Below, in pieces: positions 47,806 through 53,720 of a DNA stretch of 53,720 nucleotides. The notes below the pieces were generated by a model. That model was given only the letters and a program-made list of their open reading frames with translations. It was not told where the DNA came from and made no database searches. The DNA lies in IMG/VR virus record IMGVR_UViG_3300025809_000027, positions 1 through 53,720 of that record; one strand, written 5' to 3'. Source of the stretch: a virus. Taxonomy: Duplodnaviria > Caudoviricetes. A program made the position numbers and the translations under genes. Each line of letters starts with the position of its first letter. Position 1 is the first letter of the stretch.

Positions 47806-48000
47806 TTAAAAACTAGCTTCCTCATAAATTTGGTAGTCAAAATACCAAGAGCTTTTTTCGTTTGCATTTTCTGTCCTTAATATTTCCTCTGCTGATTTTT
47901 TAGCACTTTCATAACTGCTATGTTCTTCTTTCAAATTATGACTATCAACGTCAATATGTGGTTCTCTATGGCTATTTCGCCAAACAATTATATATCCCAT
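47806..48000 (-). CDS. Hypothetical protein (cassette cargo)
   Basis: Bounded by the inverted pair TCGAGCGTTT (about 47798) and AAACGCTCGA (48078). Confidence 0.65.
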   Translation of the reverse strand: MGYIIVWRNSHREPHIDVDSHNLKEEHSSYESAKKSAEEILRTENANEKSSWYFDYQIYEEASF

Positions 48001-48087
48001 AATTTTCTAATTTTAATTTGAACTATTAAGTCTTTCTTAATAGTTGGGTGCTTACCTTATTCATGCGGTGAGCATTGAAACGCTCGA

Positions 48088-48132
48088 TAACAGTTGCTAA
48101 ACCGCCATTAAAACGGCGTTTAGCTTTGTGTT
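48088..48132. repeat. Short attC-like hairpin site H (opposite orientation to A-G)
   Basis: TAAC-AGTT-GCTAAACCGCCATT-AA-AACGGCGTTTAGC-TTTGT-GTT with one extra base. Confidence 0.8.
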
Positions 48133-48142
48133 GTAAATAATA

Positions 48143-48373
48143 CTACTTAGGTAAGTGTAAATCATAATCACCATTACATCTATTGCACTTTACTTCATTG
48201 TATTTAAGTTCGTTCCATCTACACGTAGTACAATCAACAACAACAGGTGTATTTAATACAGGTTCAGTTCTTTTTGCCCTGCGCTCGTTTAACCATTTAG
48301 CTAGGGTTTCTTTTGTTTCTTTTGCAAATACTTCATCTACTTGCTTTGCTAATTTTTTTAAGTTTATGTTCAT
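48143..48373 (-). CDS. Small Zn-finger protein (cassette cargo)
   Basis: CTTC...CNRC; PVLNTPVVVD is encoded by a hairpin arm. Confidence 0.65.
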   Translation of the reverse strand: MNINLKKLAKQVDEVFAKETKETLAKWLNERRAKRTEPVLNTPVVVDCTTCRWNELKYNEVKCNRCNGDYDLHLPK

Positions 48374-48387
48374 TGTATTTATCCGTT
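48239..48387. repeat. Decayed attC-like site I
   Basis: AAC-AAC-AGGTGTATTTAATACA ... TGTATTTATCC-GTT; one arm mostly deleted. Confidence 0.5.
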
Positions 48388-48529
48388 AAAAAATAATAAA
48401 AAAGGCTACTAATAATTCAATTACACAAGCCCAAGCGATTATTTTGAGAAATATATCTATAATATCAGGTTTTCCTAAATTCTTTAAGAATAAATACTGA
48501 AGTATGGTTAAAAATTCTTTTGTTTTCAT
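48386..48529 (-). CDS. 47 aa TM microprotein (not in the ORF track)
   Basis: MKTKEFLTIL...IAWACVIELLVAFFIIF; the stop TAA is part of the TAAC of site I. Confidence 0.5.
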   Translation of the reverse strand: MKTKEFLTILQYLFLKNLGKPDIIDIFLKIIAWACVIELLVAFFIIF

Positions 48530-48696
48530 TATTGCTCACATTTAAATAGCCACCTTTTGCATTTAGGACATTGTTCTTGTTCGTGCCCTGCGTTTACCAT
48601 GTTAGCAGTCCAGTTATGCAAATCAATATACCTTAATTTTTTAAGGTTATGGTCTGAGCAAGGATTAGTTTTGAGATTTTCAGGTTTTACAGGCAT
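48529..48696 (-). CDS. 55 aa Cys/His protein (not in the ORF track)
   Basis: MPVKPENLKTNPCSDH...QCPKCKRWLFKCEQ; TAATG coupling. Confidence 0.55.
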   Translation of the reverse strand: MPVKPENLKTNPCSDHNLKKLRYIDLHNWTANMVNAGHEQEQCPKCKRWLFKCEQ

Positions 48697-48697
48697 C

Positions 48698-48835
48698 TTA
48701 TTTAGGGTTTAGTTCTGCATACTCTTGTTCAGTTAGTATTACGTACTTGCCACCTTTTAAAATCATTTCTCCTTTTATTTCAAAAGTCATTGTGTTGTCA
48801 TTAAAATCTCCTGTTACTAATTGTGCTTTTATCAT
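48698..48835 (-). CDS. 45 aa hypothetical protein (not in the ORF track)
   Basis: MIKAQLVTGDFNDNTMTFEIKGEMILKGGKYVILTEQEYAELNPK, tightly packed with its neighbours. Confidence 0.55.
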   Translation of the reverse strand: MIKAQLVTGDFNDNTMTFEIKGEMILKGGKYVILTEQEYAELNPK

Positions 48836-48876
48836 TGTTTTTTAGTGTATATAGTATTTATTTGCCTTCATCTTAT

Positions 48877-49086
48877 TTAGGGTTTAGTTTTAAGTGATTC
48901 AATTAATTGGTCAGCAATCCGAACTGCAAATCCTGATGCGTCCTCGTGTATATTAAATCCTCCTGCAAATAATCCTTGCATTGCTTTAGCTGCAAAGTAT
49001 TCTCTTTTAGTCACCCCTAACTCTTGTTCCCATACTCCTTCTTTTTGGCTTATTGGGTGTATGAATTTTGATTCTGTTTTTGCCAT
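48877..49086 (-). CDS. Conserved small phage protein
   Basis: GVTKREYFAAKAMQG motif, widespread in phages. Confidence 0.75.
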   Translation of the reverse strand: MAKTESKFIHPISQKEGVWEQELGVTKREYFAAKAMQGLFAGGFNIHEDASGFAVRIADQLIESLKTKP

Positions 49087-49105
49087 AATTATATTTATTT
49101 AGGGT

Positions 49106-49306
49106 TTAGTTTGTTTTTAAAGGTTTTGCATATTTTGGTAATTCATTTTTTACTTCATCATAATTAGAAACACTTATTTTAGCATCCCAATTACCAGATT
49201 CAGTTCCTAAAAATTTAACGTCTTTAAAGTACTTTTTTACAAAAGGTTTAAATTCATTTCTTGTAAATAAGTTTCTTGTGTGTGTGTAAGTTAATGTAGT
49301 TGTCAT
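49106..49306 (-). CDS. Hypothetical protein
   Basis: First ORF of the leftward operon, divergent from the HTH gene. Confidence 0.65.
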   Translation of the reverse strand: MTTTLTYTHTRNLFTRNEFKPFVKKYFKDVKFLGTESGNWDAKISVSNYDEVKNELPKYAKPLKTN

Positions 49307-49457
49307 AACCTTTGTTTTAAATTATATTTAAATACAAATAATATCATTATTATTAAAGCAAAAATACAAAACATTTAACACATAACAAAATAATATTTAC
49401 ATTAATTTACTAATAATCTCGTTTTATTTTGTATATTTGCTTAAAATAAAGATATAA

Positions 49458-49724
49458 ATGAGCTTATTAAGGTTAAATGAGATATTAGATAAAGATTATA
49501 CAGGCAGGGCGTTGGCTAAAGAATTAGGGGTCACGCCTAATACTGTGAGTAATTGGGTTAAAGGTAAATCAACACCAAGTGGTGACGACTTACTGAGAAT
49601 CGCCAAAGCCCTAGACGTGGATGTAAGAGATCTTTTCCATTCCACGAAAACAAAGGAAGCAGACGATATTTTGAAAAAAGCAATAAATGACTTGCAAGTC
49701 GTTTATTCTAAGATTAAAAAATAA
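49458..49724 (+). CDS. XRE-family HTH regulator, second copy
   Basis: Near-identical to 75-344. Confidence 0.9.
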   Translation: MSLLRLNEILDKDYTGRALAKELGVTPNTVSNWVKGKSTPSGDDLLRIAKALDVDVRDLFHSTKTKEADDILKKAINDLQVVYSKIKK

Positions 49725-49734
49725 AACAACTAAA

Positions 49735-50028
49735 ATGGAATTAATACACACATACAGAGGTGCTAGAGAATTAAAGCATATACGGTTTGGTTTTGATGAC
49801 GAGAAAGAATTTATAAATAGATTTAACTTATCAATTATAACTGCAAAAAAACTTTGCAACTATTTAGAAAAAAATAACAAAGTTGTAGACATGACGGAAA
49901 GCTATGACCCGCAATCTGGTTGGAGTGGCTTTAACTTCATCATAGGAGACCAAGACCTTTCTGTGAATGGTTTTTGCTTTAGTCCTGAACGGGTGGATAG
50001 TTTTTTAATAAAGAATAAAGATAACTAA
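49735..50028 (+). CDS. Hypothetical protein (ATG 49735 preferred)
   Basis: A-rich leader; avoids overlap with the HTH gene. Confidence 0.65.
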   Translation: MELIHTYRGARELKHIRFGFDDEKEFINRFNLSIITAKKLCNYLEKNNKVVDMTESYDPQSGWSGFNFIIGDQDLSVNGFCFSPERVDSFLIKNKDN

Positions 50029-50035
50029 AAAACAA

Positions 50036-50230
50036 ATGAGCATTATAACCCTAGAAGGCAAGGCGTATGAAGTAAGCGAAGCACATCTTAAAATGCTACT
50101 CGATAAACAGAAACAAATTAATGATAAGCCATACTATCACGGAAGCGATGTTGAAATGGACGGCTTTATAAATACGCTAAAGCCATCATTCAAATGCCTT
50201 GGTTATATTGAATTTGACTTTAGACTTTAA
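50036..50230 (+). CDS. Hypothetical protein
   Basis: Ends 2 nt before site J. Confidence 0.6.
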   Translation: MSIITLEGKAYEVSEAHLKMLLDKQKQINDKPYYHGSDVEMDGFINTLKPSFKCLGYIEFDFRL

Positions 50231-50232
50231 GA

Positions 50233-50291
50233 TAACGGACTTGGGTATGAATAAGCGATAGCGACCCGTAGGGTTATTTATACCCTGTGTT
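50233..50291. repeat. attC-like hairpin site J
   Basis: TAAC-GGACTT-GGGTATGAATAAGC ... GTTATTTATACCC-TGT-GTT. Confidence 0.8.
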
Positions 50292-50326
50292 AGCCATCTG
50301 GTGCGGATTTTAAATGAAATATTGAA

Positions 50327-50728
50327 ATGAAAGACTTAACTGATAAAGAATTTTTTGAAGTCCCTAATAAGGTGCAGTATATCTATATGATGGGTATGAT
50401 GAAGCAGCCCATTGGCTCAAGCACTTATGAAAAAGCTATCAAAGAACATCCTGAATACTTTCCTGATGAAGTTGAACATAGAAAAAAATGGGCTGCGATA
50501 CCGCAAGAAGTACACGATAAATACTGGGAAGAATATTGGAAGATTGAAGAAGAAGTAATGAAAGATGTATCACCAAGCAAAGGTATTATGGGTTGGATAG
50601 ATGACCAAGAAGGATATAGCGAATGGAATAAGAAATGGACTGAAGCAAACGAAAAAGCTAAACCTTTGCGTGAAGCATTACACAAAAAATTCTATTCCGA
50701 ATATGGTATTGAATGGAACGGCTGGTAG
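50327..50728 (+). CDS. Hypothetical protein (cassette cargo)
   Basis: Bounded by GTTAGC...GTGC and GCAC...GCTAAC. Confidence 0.75.
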   Translation: MKDLTDKEFFEVPNKVQYIYMMGMMKQPIGSSTYEKAIKEHPEYFPDEVEHRKKWAAIPQEVHDKYWEEYWKIEEEVMKDVSPSKGIMGWIDDQEGYSEWNKKWTEANEKAKPLREALHKKFYSEYGIEWNGW

Positions 50729-50738
50729 CACTTGTTGC

Positions 50739-50751
50739 TAACTACCGTATA
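50739..50751. other. Array-terminal half site TAACTACCGTATA, fourth copy
   Basis: Exact 13-mer at the position homologous to 1008. Confidence 0.6.
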
Positions 50752-50813
50752 TGTCAACAAAAGCCCGTATTAACGGGACTATGTGTCGGGATAACACAAC
50801 TTTTACAGCACAT

Positions 50814-50915
50814 TTAAAAATCAGGACTTTGCTCAATTATCATTTTCCGATTCACCTCTTTAACAACAGTAGCATAACGCTTTGTCATTAATTCAGATTG
50901 ATGCCCGTACAAATC
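50814..50915 (-). pseudogene. 3' remnant of an integrase-1 allele
   Basis: Encodes DLYGHQSELMTKRYATVVKEVNRKMIIEQSPDF-stop, matching 1083-1184 with mostly synonymous changes. Confidence 0.88.
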
Positions 50916-50916
50916 T

Positions 50917-52122
50917 TTAATACTTCAACAACTTACTATAATCATCTGGAAGCTCAATATCATTTACTTGAATATAACCGTAGATAGCTTTACTTGTGTG
51001 GCCCGTAATTAATGACAGTTTTGTAACCGTCTCACTTTTAGAAAGTGTTTTGCGCAACTCCAAATATATTTTAGTTATAAAAGTATAACGGAAATGATAA
51101 AGCGTAAATTCTGGATCAATATTATTTTTCTTTCTAAACTTCAAAAATTCCTTACTGTAAAAACCACGCCTATTAATTTCGGTGGTCTCGTTCCAGTCAG
51201 TATTTAAGGGTTTAAAAATATAACCCTCTTTTCCTTTTACAAAATCTTTTAGTTTGTCTAATAAAATAGAAGGAATAATCTTTGTCTTTTGCGCTTTGGT
51301 TTTCGTCTCAATCCGAATTACATTTTTTTCAAAATCAATATCACTTACTTTAATCCTCACAACCTCCAGGGGTCTCCAAAACATGTGACCAACAAAATAA
51401 ATAAACATCAGCATCGTGGGATCCTGAACCGTCAACAGCTTAACAATATTATTAACTTCATCAGCGGTATAGACTTTGACGGGCTTTTTGATTACTTTTT
51501 TATTGCGAATTTCCTTGATGAAGTTAAACTCAATATAACTTTCATCTGAAAGAATGTTAAAAATAGAACTCAAAGCTATTTTACAATTGTTCCTGTTTTT
51601 TGCCCCAGAGAATTGATTTAAGAACTGAGACACGTGACGCTTATTAATTTCAGTAATAGCTACACGTAACTCGTTATTCTTGCTTAAAAATGCCTTAAAT
51701 TGCTTGACACGGCTAAAATAGTCCTTATAAGTTGTTTGTTTTACTTCTTTCTCTTTTATAGACAGCGCATAATCTAAACAGGCTTCAGCCGTGTAGTTTT
51801 CAGAAGATATATTAATTTCATGGGGGGACCACCCTTTTTTCAAAAAATCATTGACTGTTTTTTTAATCAGCTTCAAATGATGCAGCCGTTCTTTTTTAGT
51901 TTTGAATCTACGATTGACGCTAAAAGTGATCGGAGTTTGTCTTTTCATCACCCCTGAGGCTTCATCTATGAAGGAATAGTACACATACCAACGTTTTGAC
52001 AGGTTAAAATCTTTGCCCCCGTGATATATTTTTGGCGATATGTAGTTCTTTGCTCCCATTTTTTTCTTCTTACTGTATGCGGTTTTGTATGCGGTAAGAA
52101 TTTCATTGGTTAAAAAAGCCAT
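50917..52122 (-). CDS. int: Phage tyrosine integrase 2
   Basis: FWRPLEV, YHFRYTF, ITGHTS...YGYI motifs; the start could also be ATG 52059. Confidence 0.9.
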   Translation of the reverse strand: MAFLTNEILTAYKTAYSKKKKMGAKNYISPKIYHGGKDFNLSKRWYVYYSFIDEASGVMKRQTPITFSVNRRFKTKKERLHHLKLIKKTVNDFLKKGWSPHEINISSENYTAEACLDYALSIKEKEVKQTTYKDYFSRVKQFKAFLSKNNELRVAITEINKRHVSQFLNQFSGAKNRNNCKIALSSIFNILSDESYIEFNFIKEIRNKKVIKKPVKVYTADEVNNIVKLLTVQDPTMLMFIYFVGHMFWRPLEVVRIKVSDIDFEKNVIRIETKTKAQKTKIIPSILLDKLKDFVKGKEGYIFKPLNTDWNETTEINRRGFYSKEFLKFRKKNNIDPEFTLYHFRYTFITKIYLELRKTLSKSETVTKLSLITGHTSKAIYGYIQVNDIELPDDYSKLLKY

Positions 52123-52312
52123 TGATTTATAGAGTTAAATAACTTAAAACCAATGACTTGAAATTGTAGCGAGAGCGGGGCACGATCCCGCGACCTCCGG
52201 GTTATGAACCGCCAAAAATAGGTGCTAAAAAAATTAAATCATTGATTTACAGTCTGTTGATTTTTTACTAAATGTTAAAATAAGGCGTTTTGTATGCGGT
52301 TTTGTATGCGGT
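52074..52312. other. attP-like region 2: tRNA core flanked by TGTATGCGGT arm-type repeats
   Basis: Repeats at 52074, 52086, 52291 and 52303; CATTGATTTA on both sides of the core. Confidence 0.78.
52166..52208 (-). other. 3' half of a tRNA with CAT anticodon (tRNA-Met type), att core
   Basis: Reverse complement TTCATAA-CCCGG-AGGTC-GCGGG-ATCGTGC-CCCGC-TCTCGCT-AC; no 5' half. Confidence 0.8.
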
Positions 52313-52368
52313 CTGTTTTTTCAATAATCTATACACGTTATTTTTATGTGTAAAGAAAATTTGATAAT

Positions 52369-53406
52369 CTATGTATAATATTTAACAGTTTCATTTAACT
52401 CGTTTCCAAAATTATAAATATCATCAATAGAATTTATTAAATGTTTCACCTCTTTTTTAGACGCATCAAATAAGCCTATATACTTACTTCTGCCGTCAAG
52501 GTATAGCCTACATATTGGCTTGCGATTATTGTCATCTAGTAAAACACCAAAGTAGGATTGAGTATCCCTATGGGTGACTCGTTCAACTGGAATCGATTTT
52601 CTTAGTATTGCAACTAAAATTCTAAATGCGTCAATCTCTTCTTCGGTTGTTATTATCTTACTTTGCTCCTCAATAACAATTGGCTCAGCAACCGTTTCTT
52701 TTGTGATTGCACTTTGTAGCCGATCGCTTACCTTGTCACTTATGAGTTGAGAAATGCCCTTAGGAACGATGGTTTTAAATAGGTCAACTACTTTTTTAGT
52801 CATCATACTACTGGTTATTCTGGAAGCGAAAAATTTAGCAAAATCATCAGATGTTTCAGTAATTTCTTGTTCAAATATTGACTTAACCTCATGGATATAT
52901 TTCAAACTTGAAGCATTGGACGTTATTTTGCTTGCGTCAAAATTATCTTTATGAAACTTTTGAACCTCCTGTATTGTAGTGTCCTTTAGACTATTTAATG
53001 ATAGTGTCAAAAAAGGTTTTTCATCCATTATATTAGGCTTGGCTAAGTCCGTAAAAAACAAAAAACTATTTCCGTTAGTTAGAATGCCGAACTTGGTTTT
53101 AGAAACATTAAAATATCTATGTAGTTGAGATGAATGCTTGGAAAGTTTTTCTTTCCAGTGTTTGCATTCAATTATAATTATAGGTTTACCGTCGTGAATT
53201 ACTGCATAATCAACTTTTTCACCTTTTTTTATTCCTAAATCAGCGGTAAATTCGGGAATAACTTCTCTGGGGTCAAATACATTATACCCCAATAAACCAA
53301 TAAAAGGCAAAACGAACGCTGTTTTTGTAGCCTCCTCTGTGTTTATTTCTGATTTTAATTCCTTAAATTTTTCTGCTAGGGTTTCTAGTCTCGATTTTAA
53401 TTCCAT
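52369..53406 (-). CDS. HsdR N-terminal (type I restriction endonuclease-like) domain protein
   Basis: TEEATK...PFI..LGY.VFDP.EV.PEF...GEKVDYA...IECK...LTNG; C-terminal RDTQSYFGVLLDDNNRKPICRL. Confidence 0.85.
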   Translation of the reverse strand: MELKSRLETLAEKFKELKSEINTEEATKTAFVLPFIGLLGYNVFDPREVIPEFTADLGIKKGEKVDYAVIHDGKPIIIIECKHWKEKLSKHSSQLHRYFNVSKTKFGILTNGNSFLFFTDLAKPNIMDEKPFLTLSLNSLKDTTIQEVQKFHKDNFDASKITSNASSLKYIHEVKSIFEQEITETSDDFAKFFASRITSSMMTKKVVDLFKTIVPKGISQLISDKVSDRLQSAITKETVAEPIVIEEQSKIITTEEEIDAFRILVAILRKSIPVERVTHRDTQSYFGVLLDDNNRKPICRLYLDGRSKYIGLFDASKKEVKHLINSIDDIYNFGNELNETVKYYT

Positions 53407-53438
53407 GATAATAAATAGGGTTTAGTTTATGGTTTAGT

Positions 53439-53720
53439 TTAAATAGATCGGGGCATTAAATTTTTTTTGGTATCAAATAGTGTTTCAAGATTTTCAATTC
53501 TTGAAGCTTGTGCGTTAATTTCTAAGGACTGTAACTTTATACGAGCGTCCTGACCTTCAGAAATACGCTCTAAGACTTCAACTCTTTTTAACAGTAAACT
53601 ATCAACAGGCGTTTCTTTTGGTTTAACAAGCATCGTTCCTTTGCCTGTTAGAATCCATTCATAACTGATCTCGGGGTATCTGTTTGTTATTTTTCTAGCA
53701 AGTCCTGCTGAAATTCCATT
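53439..53720 (-). CDS. CI-like repressor, second copy (5' end outside the window)
   Basis: 53581-53720 matches 3524-3663; the C-terminus differs. Confidence 0.8.
   Translation of the reverse strand, partial: NGISAGLARKITNRYPEISYEWILTGKGTMLVKPKETPVDSLLLKRVEVLERISEGQDARIKLQSLEINAQASRIENLETLFDTKKNLMPRSI

Larger units (their letters stand above)
1..49383. mobile_element. One complete temperate phage genome unit (siphovirus-like, Bacteroidetes host likely)
   Basis: Integrase, repressor, replication, terminase, portal, capsid, tape measure and lysis genes are in modular order; the sequence at position 1 recurs at 49384. Confidence 0.93.
49384..53720. mobile_element. Start of a second, related phage copy with an alternative integration module
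   Basis: The HTH gene and repressor segment are near-identical to copy 1, while the integrase, attP and accessory genes differ. Confidence 0.85.

Noticed and set aside
368-50291. AAC...GTT hairpins as Rho-independent terminators
   Set aside because: The stems are AT-rich, loops reach about 140 nt, most lack a U-tract, and several lie within coding sequence.

Overview
AT-rich temperate siphovirus genome, probably from a Bacteroidetes (Flavobacteriaceae-like) host. It carries TAnnTTTG promoters and a DUF3127 gene. One complete unit of about 49.4 kb runs through integration/immunity, recombination, replication, NinG/PLD/methyltransferase, terminase, head, tail and lysis modules. About 4.3 kb of a related second copy follows (1-341 recurs at 49384-49724; 3524-3663 recurs at 53581-53720). 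The second copy has a different tyrosine integrase, a different tRNA-type attP (tRNA-Met 3' half instead of a tRNA-Ser-like 3' end) and different accessory genes. The main unexplained structure is a set of ten attC-like AAC...GTT hairpins, one of them decayed, in five small arrays. The segments between hairpins have complementary ends, as integron cassettes do. The ORFs lie antisense to the canonical attC orientation and often start inside the hairpin loop. An identical 13-mer half-site (TAACTACCGTATA) closes four cassette runs, and cassette content differs between the two phage copies. No IntI integron integrase is recognisable in the window. All protein calls come from motif reading only; no database search was run.
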